Of a stretch of 64,000 nt of DNA, positions 12,626 through 24,970 are shown in pieces; positions within the stretch are counted from its first letter, which is position 1; every line of letters begins with the position of its first letter. Below the pieces are notes generated by a model, which was given only the letters and a program-made list of their open reading frames with translations, searched no databases and was not told the origin of the DNA. The translations under genes were made by a program, and so were the position numbers. The stretch is taken from the NCBI GenBank assembly GCA_951406725.2, contig OX597820.1, positions 22,816,001-22,880,000 of the forward strand, in the 5' to 3' direction. This stretch comes from Octopus vulgaris (lineage: Eukaryota).

Positions 12626-15210
12626 GATAACTTAAAATATATGTATATTATTTTACATTTACTCTTCTTCAACTTCCTTTATATATAATTTCACATTTTC
12701 TCTTCAACTTCCTTATATATATACACAAACACACACACAGATGCATACACACATGTACAGATGTGTGTGTGTGTGCATGTGTGGGAGTTGAAGAGGGGAA
12801 AAATGCAAAATAATTTCAAATTGAATGCTGTCTCAGATATCTATTGATATAATAACAATGTTGGACAAATGGGAAGAGAAGAAAAAAAAAGCAAACAAAA
12901 AAAATAATAAAGCACATGATATGTCAGGTAGACCATTCGATAAATGTGGCACAAACAGGATGCACATTCTACAAAATAGTCCTTTTGAACGAACAGAATC
13001 AAGGAAATTCGAAGTTTAGATATGCAATCTAATCAAATGCTAAAAGAAAATGGCACCACTCTCAGGATAAAACAAATGAATAACAAATGGGGGTTTGGAT
13101 GAGGTGGGAGCTAAGCTTCGTTGCACATCCTTCCCTTTAAGCTACATATTCGGGAGAAATATTTCTCCCAGTGTTAACCAAAAAGCAGAACCAAAAAGAA
13201 GATTTTTCTCTACACAGGTGTTCAGAATCTGAATGAATTTTGCACTACTATCTATAATAGCCATCAATTGATGTAAGAAACAATATTGCTAATGTTCTTG
13301 TGTGTATATTTCAAATGGCTTATTTTTCCGTGATCTGTGCTTCAACCAATATGCAACAGGATGAACAAAGTCAACAATACAAATTTCTTAATACCTACAA
13401 TACTTGCTCAGAAAAAAAAAATGGTAGTGGGGCAAAATTTGGATAGAAAATGAGAACAAAAATTATTTACATTTTACTTTCTTTGATAAGAATTTGGAGT
13501 TTCTAACTTCAGTAGTTTATGAGATACTAGAAGAAGTGAGACGCTCTGGCAAACATGCATGACAAAAACAATAGCAACAACCAATTTTAGCAGATAAGGA
13601 AAGGACAATGCACTTAATTCTTCATTTTAATAAATTATTAATTAAATTTCCCAGTGGAGAAAGAGAACAAACCTAGCCTAACTTAGTGGCAACTTTGCAA
13701 TTCTTGAAGAAAGGTAGGGGGGATCCTTGCAAGAAATTACAACTTAATTTCTATAAGTTAATTCACTTGCATATGCTGGGTTATACAGTATACTTTTACA
13801 CTACATACATATGTAGCATATAAACAGAATATATAAATGGCTTGATACAGATGAAAAAAGAAAGAAAAATAAGGAACAGATGGTTTTATAGGTTCGTAGC
13901 AGCTGAGAAGATTATGAAAAGGTTAAAAATATTTCCATAGATAATACTGTATCAAGTTACACTATACATACTATATCTTCCATGCTACATTAAATACTCT
14001 CTCTCTCTCACACACACACACACTCTTTTATATTTGATCATAGCAAGAAGTTTCTGACATACATTGCCTTTATAGTTTCTATTCATATTATAGGATTATT
14101 TGAATATGGTAAAGTTGATTTAATTTTTTTTTATATCTATCTCATTTATACATCATAGTTCGAAAATTTTTATAAGCCTAAAATTAAATAAATATATCAA
14201 ATAAACCAAAATTTTCATGGCAATAAAATTGTAACTGTGTGCACATGACAAAGAGAGGGGGAGCACTATAACAGAAATATCAGACAGAGGAAGAGAAAAA
14301 ATATGGAAGAACTGTTTCTACTTTTATTGCAACCAAGAACACAACAAACGATACTTTAAAGAATAGTTTACCAAAGAATTTAATATTCAGGAAATACAAT
14401 AAGCATCCTTACTTATTACAAATGATTGATGCTTAGCAGCTTTGAGTTTGACACCAAGGGAAAAGGAAGGAAGGAAAGAAGGAAGGCGGGAATATTTTTC
14501 TGCTGGTTAAAGAAATAACTATTTTGTAGATTTATCTTCCATCCATAATTGTAGATATGCAACACTATAAATCAGAGCTGAGTTGTCAGTGAGTTGCAGC
14601 TAGAACCAAGTTTCAACTCTCAGCTAGAACCATTTTCACTTATTGGCTTCAGATATTCACTTTTTTCAGAAAAAAAAACAAAAACTTTATGCTACATGCA
14701 CACGCGCCCGTGTGTGCATATAACAAATTTTGGCGAGGATTAAGCTTTTTCTGACTGAAGTAAATAGCCACAAAAGAATACAGGATGCTTCAAGTCTGTA
14801 TTTGAAGAGGAGTAAACAAATGTTTCAGAGGAAGAGAAAAACCAAACTTAAAGAACGGAAAAATAACAGACTTTGTAGCTTATTATTGAAAATGATTCCA
14901 AAGGAGCCAATATTCTTTAAATTTAAAATTCAGCCCCCCCAAAAAAAGAAGAAAAAAAGAAAAAATTAATTTTAAATTCAGAAAATGCAGAAGAAAAAAA
15001 AAAATGTAATTAACTTCAAAATGAAATGCTAAGAAGAAAAAAAAAATTTTGCCAAGTTCTTTGTGGGGGAAACAGAAGAGGAACAAAGTAGAGCCTTCTA
15101 CTGCAGCAGGTCTAGACAAGCTTCCTGCCTGTTTGATCAATAATTATGCAGCAAGATATAATCATTAGATACTGGAAACACGTTATCTATCTATCTATCT
15201 ATCTATCTTA

Positions 15211-15253
<43 letters not shown>

Positions 15254-15671
15254 TAGATACTGAGTATGTGTACATATGTATGTGCGTGTGTGTTCTAGAT
15301 ACTGAGTAATCCAAAGTGTAATTAAAACAATTTTATTTTTAAAATAATACCAGTGATTCTTAACAAGGTTCCTCAAAAACTCTTATGAAGTTGTTCTAGA
15401 GGAAAGGAGAAAGAAGGACAAAAGAGAGGGAGAGAGAGGGTCAGAGAGAAGAAAGGGAGCAATGTCAAGTTAGACATGTGCCTTGAATATTTTCAAGTTA
15501 TTATGATTATGTTGAATATTTTCATATTCATAGCTAACCACAGCTGAAGAAGGACAGTGGCCTACATGCTGAAGGGATTATGTTTCACAGTGTCTATGAC
15601 CAAAACACTTCAATGGCTCAGTTCACTGAGCTGTAAACAGATAACATGTTGGCACTGCATTGTTGAAGGCG

Positions 15672-15788
15672 TTTCATAAATTTCTCTGCAACAAATCAAT
15701 CTGTTCAGGGATTTTGTTATTATGCTTTAGAGTTTCATTAAGTTCACTGAAATTAGCCCAGGACAAAATGAGATGAGCAACTTTAGAA
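15672..15788 (+). repeat. 117-bp direct copy of 17197-17313
   Basis: Three substitutions between copies; flanked by the 12-bp direct repeat gaaggcgtttca. Confidence 0.92.
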
Positions 15789-17432
15789 GGCGTTTCAGCT
15801 GTGATTATACATATATATACATAATGTATCTAGGATTATATTATTCAAAGTGTATTCCTTTTTTTTTAATATGGTAGGATATGATCTCATGGATATTCAG
15901 TTGCTATTTCTAGCAAACTGAGCAATCCCATAGAGGCTCCCTCATTGGCTCATACAATGCTACATTGCTGTTTAGCACCAGGTCAAATCTGATTGAGCAC
16001 ACTAATGATTACAAGGCTATACATTTAAGGGGAGCTTCATCATAATCCTCATTATTACTATTTAATATCCATTTTCCAGGCTGGTATGGGTTGGATGGTT
16101 TGAAAGCAACAGCACCAAGCTCTTGTGTTTGCTTTGGCATGTTTTCTGTAGTTGGATGGCCTTCTTAACACTAGTGCCAACCACTTTACAGGGTGTACTA
16201 GGTGCTTTTAGCATGGTACCAGCACCACCAAAGTCACCAAGTAATGGGCAAGACAAAGAAAGATCCCACAGCTGAGGAAAGAGTATTGAAAGGGGTGGCT
16301 TTGTGCCAGGTGATGAGGGGATTTGTGCTACAAAATTCAATGTGTCCTACATTTTTTACAATGCTAAGTGTGATTTGAAGAAAATTTGGCTGCTCTTTCT
16401 AGCTGACTGAGGGATTATAAAGAAACCCCTCATAAGCTTCTGCAGTGTTAACTTAAAATAGCAACTAGATGCCAACCAACATTCTGAGAATATATACTCA
16501 AATTGCCAATTTTCTAAACAAAATTTCCTCACATACTATATAATTTCACTGTTTCAAGTTGGCAAAGCAAATATATAACCATTTTACTTATAAAGCTACA
16601 AGTGCTCTGTTTATAGCAGCTATTTATGATATATATATCTTACACTTCTCTTGTTTTATTCTTTTTAAAAAAAAAAGCCAATTTAGGAAATGTTAATAAC
16701 CAGTATTTCACATGAAGTAAAGCTAAATAGATTTGTAGATGTATTAATAACAATGAATGCAAGAGAGTAGAGTATGAGAGAAGCCTTCCTGTTTATTTGT
16801 TTCACCATCACAAAAATATAAAAGAAAGAGATTGAAATAAAGAAACACATTTTCAAAGAGCTATTTTAAAATGTATCAACATTTTAGAGACATGCCACTT
16901 GTCAACAATCTTGTGTGTATACATGCATACACACATGCTGCCTTGTGTGTGTGTGTGTGTGGCATAGATTGTTCATCCTCTCCTATATAAATTCTATAAA
17001 TCTAGCACTTTTCCAGCAGAAATTATATGCTGCTAGGGTCCAAATGGTGTTTGTACAACTGAATAAATCCGAGGATTAAATTAAACTCACACATATTTCC
17101 ATATAAACAGGGTTTGATAATAGACTTAAGATATTAAATTATGCCTTATAATGGAATTCATTTAGGACTGACAAATGAGCCCTGATCAATTTACTATTTC
17201 ATAAATTTCTCTGCAACAAATCAATCTGTCCAGGGATGTTGTTATTATGCTTTAGTGTTTCATTAAGTTCACTGAAATTAGCCCAGGACAAAATGAGATG
17301 AGCAACTTTAGAAATTCCATCAATAATGGTCTTTGCTGGTGTTTAGAATAGCTTACTGGTCTGTTGGTAAGTGTAAACTCAAAGCTCTTTCAAACACCAA
17401 AATTGAAAGCTGCTCATATACTTAATATCTTT

Positions 17433-18042
17433 CATTTTTTACTTGTTTCAGTCATTTGACTGTGACCATGCTGGGGCACCCCCTTGAATGGTTTTCAGTC
17501 GAACAAATTGACCCTAAAACTTTGTTTTAAAGCCTAGTACTTATTCTAAAGGTCTCTTTTTGCCAAACCACTAAAATACAGAGACATAAACACACCGGCT
17601 GTCAAGCAGTGGGTGGGAAGAGCAAACACACACACACATGTACGTACGACAGGCTTCTTTCAGTTTCTGTCTAGCAAATCTACTCACAAGGTTTTGGTTT
17701 GCCCGAGGCTATAGTAGAAGATACTTGCCCGAGGTACCATGCAATGTGACTGAACCTGGAACCATGAGGTTGGGAAGCAAGCTTCTTGTTTCTTTATTGC
17801 CCACAAGGGGCTAAATAGAGGGGACAAACAAGGACAGACAAAGGGATTAAGTCGATAACATCGACCCCAGTGCGTAACTAGTACTTAATTTATCGACCCT
17901 AAAAGGATGAAAGGCAAAGTCGACCTTGGCGGAATTTGAACTCAGAACGTAACAGCAGACGAAATACCGTTAAGCATTTTGCCCGGCATGCTAACATTTC
18001 TGCCAGCTTGCCTCCTTCTTACCATTCAGCTATACTTATGCC
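17433..18042 (-). mobile_element. SINE family A with a nested family B SINE (about 17788-18015)
   Basis: Family A body is interrupted in its head by a complete reverse-strand family B copy, with cttctt repeated on both sides. Confidence 0.85.
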
Positions 18043-20429
18043 TATACTTACAGATATTCAACAAAATATATTAGTCACTGCTTTAGACACTAAATAACAA
18101 TCATTTTACAATCTGTCTCCTTCATGCAATCCCTAGTAGCAGCCTTAAACTCATTCAGATACACTGGTGTAATGTTTTAAATATCAACAATGTATTTGTT
18201 AGAGTGTGCCATAAAATGAACCAAGGCACTAAAATTACTGGCATTAGGAAAAGCATCTAACCAAAAAAATCATGCCAAAATGTAGTATAAAAATGTGACA
18301 TAGGGTTCAACACATCTAGGAAGATAAACACTCTGAATAAGTATTAGCTCAGACTGTAGCAAGCCATCCATGTTTTGCAAGCCATGGAGAAGCAGATGTA
18401 ACATTATAACAATAACAATGATGGTGAAGATGAATGTACCTACATCCACTACTTTTTAAAGATGCTAGAATATGAAAGATAACTTGACTTCTACTTCTAG
18501 GATGTCAAGCATGTGACAGCTTAGAGGTTCTCTCATTAGATTGTACAGTAGTATTAAGTTGCTTTTTTTTTTGTTCAACTCGACGTCAGCTTTGATCAAG
18601 CAGATTATTATGATCAAACGGGTTCCGGTTATGATTATCCACCTTTTTTTTTTCAGACATAATGTCTGAATAGCAAAATCAGACGTGTGACTTTAGAAAT
18701 GTACACCCAATAATGCCTTTGTTGCTGTTCAGAATAACTTACTGGTTTGTTGGTTAGTGTAAATCAAAGCTCTTTGAAACACCAAAAATGAAAGCAGCAA
18801 ATAATATTCAATATACTTACACAGATTAAATGAAGTATATTAGTCACAACTATAAAAACCAAATAATAATAACCATTTCACTATCTACCATTTTCCTACA
18901 ATTCCTAGTAGTAACCTTCAACTCAATCAGATACAATGCCATAATGTTCCAAATCATGATGGATATCATCATTCAATGCCAACTTCTACATGCTTCCATG
19001 GGTCAGGTGGAGTTTATTGAGGCAGATTTTCCACCTCAATAAATTTTCTACCAATTGGATGCCCTTCCAGTTGCCAACCCTCACCTGTTTCCAAGTAAAG
19101 TAATATTTTTCAAGAGCTAGACGTGTATTTCATGGAATACTGGAAATGAACAACCATCCTTGTAAGATGACTATGATATACAACCATCACATAATGTCTA
19201 GATAAGAGTACACACAAACAACACAAAATGGGCTTCTTTTAGGTTCTGTCAACTAAATCCACTCACAAGCCAGGTGACTATAGTAGATGACACTTGTCCA
19301 AAGCACTGCACAGTGGGAATGAACCCAAGACCACATGGTTGGCAAATAAGTTTCTTAACCACACAGCCACATCTGCACCAAACATTAATGATATATCTAT
19401 TAGAGTGGAAAAGTCATAAAATGGATTATTTGCAAAAGTCATCAAACTAGCAAATTCCTAGGTACTAAGTCTGGATAATATTTATTTTCATGGGATTGTA
19501 CTGCTAGTATTTCAACCAGGACAAAATATAATATACAATTTTTTTTTTTACCCTGTATGTAGAATATAGCTGAATCAAACCCAATATCTTTATATCTGTA
19601 TATTTAAGCAATAGATTAAGATTATAAAAGAAGTCTGACTGAGTATCGCGATATTTTCTATACAAAATGATATAAAATGCATGAAAATTATAAAGAAGAG
19701 AAGAAGAAAAACAAAATAAAACATCAAAAAGCTGAAGAGGAATAATAAACATATGGTGAGATGTGATGATAAGAACTGCAATAATAAATGTTGCAGGTCA
19801 ACAGTAAGCAGTGCAGAGGTAGACCAAAGAAAGAAAAAAGAAAAAGAAAAAAAACTGGAATAAACTAGTTTGAGTAGATGTAAAAAGGATAAGACTTTAA
19901 AAGGAAATGTCACAGCCAGAAATAAACATTGAACGGAGAGATCAGAGAGACTGGGCTAACCTATACCTGAAGAGAAAGATTAATATCAAAATAATAATAA
20001 TAATAATAATGGTGATGGTGATTAATATGCCTCCCCACTTCATTCTCCACTAGAATTTAGACCTTTCCCTTTGAACTTCAATGTATCATACCCAAAATAC
20101 ATGAAAACAGAATGCTCGATTTAGGGGTGGGTAAAGAAGACCTAAGCAAACTATGGAAAATATTATTTTAAACCAATAAGGAAAGCACTAAGAAAGATTT
20201 TCAGAGGCATTAATGAACTCAGGGGAGGGGAGGAAACATATTATGAGAGAGAGGGGGGGATTTGTTGGCATTTTACATCTGTTTTTCCAAGCCAGTATGG
20301 GTGGGTGGAGTTCTTTGAGGCAGGGTTCTACAGTCAAACAACCTCTTTTGGAACCAACCCTTCTATTTGCCTTTAATGACACACTGGGATGCAGTGTACC
20401 TATTCTACACCTAGAATGCACAAAGTACC

Positions 20430-20790
20430 CCAGTTGCTGCGTGGTAAGAAGTTTGCTTCCCACCCACATGATTCTGCGTTCAGTCCCACTGCGTTGTACC
20501 CAACGCAAATGTTTCCAATGACAGTCCTGGGTTGACCAAAGCCCTGTGAGTAGATTTGGTATATGGAAACTGAAAGAAGCCCATTGTGTGTGTCTTTGTG
20601 TTTGTCCTGCACCACCACTTGACAACCTGTGTTGGTTTGTTTATGTTCCTGTATTTTAGCAGTTTGGCAAAAGAGCCCAATAGAATAAGTACCGGGGTTG
20701 ATTTTGTTTAACTGAAACAAAAATCCCCAAAAAAAAAAAAAAAATGGAACAACTTCAAGGGCAGTGCCCCAGCATGGCTGCAATCCAAGT
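20430..20790 (+). mobile_element. SINE family A
   Basis: gtggtaagaagtttgcttcc...gttcagtcccactgcg head and gccccagcatggctgca tail. Confidence 0.8.
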
Positions 20791-21726
20791 ATACACATGT
20801 GATGGATTTTGCCCTGGGGCAACCAATGTCCTGTGAACAAATTTGTTCCCAGGACATTGATTGCCCCAGGCCCATAGTAGTAAACACTAGCCCAACATGC
20901 CATGCAGTGGGATTGAACTTGAAACCACATAATTATGAAGTAGGTTTCTTTTAATCACACAGCTGCGTGTGTGTGCATGCGTGTGTACCTGTTTAGTGTT
21001 GACTGTCAGAAAAAAAGTATTCAATACCATTGTAGAGATTAATATCTTTATTTTAGTCAAGTCTGTCTCTTGTTACTCTGAGATTCACAAGAGAGTGCAG
21101 AGGGTCTTTCAAATATACGAAGATATGTCTTTTAAATATTTTCTTTATGTTTAATACTTAACAATGGATGGATTCTATGGAAACATCAAATCAAAGACAC
21201 CCAAGTAGTCAATACACAAACAGTTTAGTATGATTCCGTGCCTTCCCCACCACACACAAACACACGCTTTTTGTATGTTTAGATACAGTTATGTCTGGTG
21301 TGCATATATGCAACATTTTCAAAGAGGTAATCTGGCAATAAATCGAAAAAGATTTGTTTTACAGATTCACCAGACAAACCACCACCACTTAGGTGATGCA
21401 TTACACAGCATTTTAACTTCACCAATGTGTAAAACAAAAAAATCACAGTAAAAACCACTAAGGTTGTAAACCATTAAATTGGTGTCATAACATTAAAATT
21501 AACAAAATAGAACACCTAATTTAATTAGTAAAATTATCAGCATTGCACAATAAATTCAGAATCTAATTAGGATTTTTCAAAGAAAAACATTTTTCCAGTG
21601 TTATTAAACAAAACAAAATACGCGCTCAATTTTTCCATAAGGAATTCAGGCGTTCATTTTCAACATGGAAATGAAATTGAATTTTTCCCAAAAGCAAAGA
21701 GTAATAAAATAGAACTGAATTTGTAC

Positions 21727-21747
21727 CTTCTCTGCTCTCAATAAAAT
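21727..21747 (-). CDS. Candidate 21-nt microexon (ILLRAEK)
   Basis: cttctc(t)ntag|ATTTTATTGAGAGCAGAGAAG|gtacaa; strong pyrimidine tract, purine-rich exon, in frame. Confidence 0.45.
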
Positions 21748-23993
21748 CTAAAAAAAAAGAGAAGTTTTTAATTATTTTGACTTAAAGAGCATGTCCCCAT
21801 CAAACTTCTATGATTATTCATTTAACCCTTTTAAAAATATATTCTACTGAAATATACTGTTTATATGCTTTAATTAATTTTGAAAATTATCAAGAATTTG
21901 GAGAGATTTAGTAAAATAAGTTAGCATTTTGAACATAATTTAGAAGGATTTCTAACATAAATAATTATGATAGAAGGCTAATCATATAAATATGAATAAT
22001 TTACAACAGGCAATCTTGGAAGATCATTTCAGGTACATAGAAATTGGAGGTGGAGTAGGGTGGGGATCAGGCACTCGAAAGTGGTGGTCACTTTTTACCA
22101 TGGGTCTGATAGGCCAGAGCTAAACTGTGCTAATCCACAATAACAATATTTACACACAAGCAGAAGAAATCACTACATGGTTGCTAAGCATTCTAGAAAC
22201 AGCAACCGAATCTTTCCTCATATCACACCTTTTTATTATTTTTTTCTTTATTTATCTATGCATTTTTGTAAAGGACATTTTAAATAACAGAATCCAAGAA
22301 ACACTACACCTGAGCTAAGACAAAAGGTAAGACATCACAGCTGAAATGCCTTTAATCATATAGGTCTGTCCTATTAAAACTGACAATAACATCAAAATCA
22401 CTCAGTTATGCACAGACAGTGCTGAATGTATTTATAGGGGAAAGTAAATACCATATGTTCTCAAAGACAGTATGTAATGCTTATAAATAGTAAAGAAAAT
22501 GTAACAGAAATAGATAAGAGCAGTGCAAAAGTATACCACATACCCCAGGTGACCAGACACATTAAAATAAAAAGTAATATACATATAAAAACAGAGAGAA
22601 GATCTTTACATGTGCAAATGTGTGACTTAGAGATTATGGTAACTAGAAGAAATGGTATAATTGATGGGCCATCATTTAAAATTTTCTTCAATGAGTAGAT
22701 CTAAGTAAGAGAGAAATCGCCTACAGCTAATGTAGTGTAGTTACTTTTCAAAGTGCTGAGATAATTGTGGTTCATGTTTAGAGTGAACTTCTCCAAGTTG
22801 ATACTGAATGAAGGGATGGGCATTCAACTCTGGAGGAGAGAGATTGTTACTTAGTGTGAGGTCAACAGAATAAGTCAAAAGACAAAGTATTTCTCTAGTG
22901 AAAGTAGTTCTAAAGGAATTTTGTTGGTAAGTCATTCAAAGGGAAGAGGACTTCAAGATAGTAAAACGAATTGGAAGTTAGAGCAATGTGACTGCTTCTG
23001 TGATATTGCACAGTTTAACAAAGGGAAAAACAGGAAATTATAAAATTGCGTATTGTGTGCTATTATGCATGCATGCGTGCATGCAAGAGAGACTGACAGA
23101 CAGACAGAGTAGATCATTCAGAGGTAATGAAGGGGGATACGTAAAAAAAACACTATGATGTGAAGGGAAAGAAATACCATTTCCTTATTTTTTTGCAAAC
23201 AATATAATGCATAGCTGTAATATAAAAATTCTTCATCACGCACGCAAACACGTACAGCCCCGTCTGCTCATACACATGCATAATATAATGTAATACGGTA
23301 TATTATATATCTTATGCAACAGAATACAAACAAGGAAACAAATTCTGTTTAAGTTATGGTTGCAATTATATAAATACCTTTAATTAAAAAAGAATTAGGA
23401 AAAAAATCAATATTTGCAAACAGAGGCAGTAAAACGTTTTCTTTTAAAAAACCAAGTATAATGCAAGACATACTTCATAAAAGTGCAAATCTAATTTGGT
23501 GGGGAAATCTCCAAAAGAGGACAATTAGGGTTCCTTTAACAACCATCATTAAAAGTAAATAGAGTGAGCTCTCACTACTACTACTACTAGTAGTAGTAGT
23601 AGTAGAAGTAGTAGTAGTAGTAGTAAAGGTAGCAGTTAGAAGCCGAAGAATTACCAATTGTAATTTACTACTTAACAACTTCACACTTCTCATTATTGAT
23701 ATCTAGGTTAGAAATGGGGAGAGGGTGAAATAATAATCAATAAAAACAATAAGGTAGCCAAGGTTTATAAGTGAGATGAGGAGAATTTGTGGGGAAATGT
23801 AACCAAGAATAAGAGAGGGGGAGAGGAAGAGAGAGAGAGAGAGTGGGGAGGATCCACAGTTGCATTTTGAATGATCCATTAAGTTACTGAGAGTAATTAA
23901 GCTAAATATATTAATTTCAGATGTGAGATAGAGCTAATATAACTTTGCATGTGTTTGTGTGTATATTTATGTGTGAGTGTGTGTGTATGTATG

Positions 23994-24047
<54 letters not shown>

Positions 24048-24274
24048 ACAAAACAGTTTGATTCAGACTCCTTGGTACTCTAGTGTGAGGCTAGTCTTTG
24101 GCCATTGGGGCCTGACCACAAAGTGTGTGGTTAGGCTTTGGCCATTGGGGTCAGACCCCAATGGCTGAAGACTGGCCACACGCTTGAAACTCAGAGTACC
24201 AAAGAGTCTGAATCAAACAGTTTTGTTCCATCTATCTATCTATCTATTTCTATATCCACACACACATATATATA

Positions 24275-24547
24275 TCATCATCATTTAACGTCCGTTTTCT
24301 GCGCTAGCACGGGTTGGACGGTTCGACCGGGGTCTGGGAAGCCAGGAGGCTGCACCAGGCTCCAGTCTGATCTGGCAGTGTTTCTACAGCTGGATGCCTT
24401 TCCAAATGCCAACCACTCCACGAGTGTAGTGGGTGCTTTTTACGTGCCACTAGCACAGGTGCCAGGGGAGTCTGGCAGCGGCCACGATCAGTTGGTGCTT
24501 TTAACGTGCCACCGGCACAGAAGCCAGTCAAGGCGGCACTGGCATCG
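24275..24547 (-). mobile_element. Retroposon family C, (GAT)n-tailed, likely RTE-related
   Basis: catcatcatttaacgtccgttt...ctacagctggatgcc..tcc motif also at about 16050, 18963, 29821, 38806, 42233, 44140, 47952, 52620, 62433 and 62806. Confidence 0.7.
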
Positions 24548-24970
24548 TCCATTATCATTGAAGATTTGGGTATGAGAGACATGCCTGCCAAGTTTGTGCT
24601 AAAACTGCTTTCAAATTGCCAAAAAGATACTCGAGTTTCAGTAGCACAAGATCTCCTTGATTGTGTCGAGAACAATGAAAACTTTTTGAAAACTTTGTGT
24701 TGGCCTCTGAGCAAGTATCACCAAGCTTTTGACAAAATTTGATGCAGATTCTCTGCTCAACTTTCTCTGTCATTGTTAATGCAATGATCACATGCTACAC
24801 ACCTTCCTTCCAAGCACTGCTGTAAACAGCAAAAGTGAGCTAAGGACATTAAAACTTAGTGTGCATGCACAGTAGAGTTCAAGATTAATCTGTGCCAAGC
24901 AGCTTCACTCTGCGTGCTTTAGCTTCGTTACTATGGCAACAGTCCGAATACTTATTGATCAGACCACATA
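24548..24970. mobile_element. Rearranged mariner transposon fragment
   Basis: Minus strand: TA plus TIR tgtggtctgatcaataagtattcggactg, then MTEKVEQRICIKFCQKLGDTCSEA (mariner N-terminus). Plus strand: IIIEDLGMRDMPAKFVLKLLSNCQKDTRVSVAQDLLDCVENNENFLKT (WVPHEL-like linker region). Confidence 0.88.

Noticed and set aside
12081-12688. Long ORFs (up to 184 aa) of YIYI/THTH composition; similar ones at 7961-8355
   Set aside because: Translations of (TA)/(CA) microsatellites that lack stops by construction.
20188-20930. 145-aa and 176-aa minus-strand ORFs
   Set aside because: They run through SINE and other repeat sequence; similar peptides recur at other SINE copies and no domain is recognisable.
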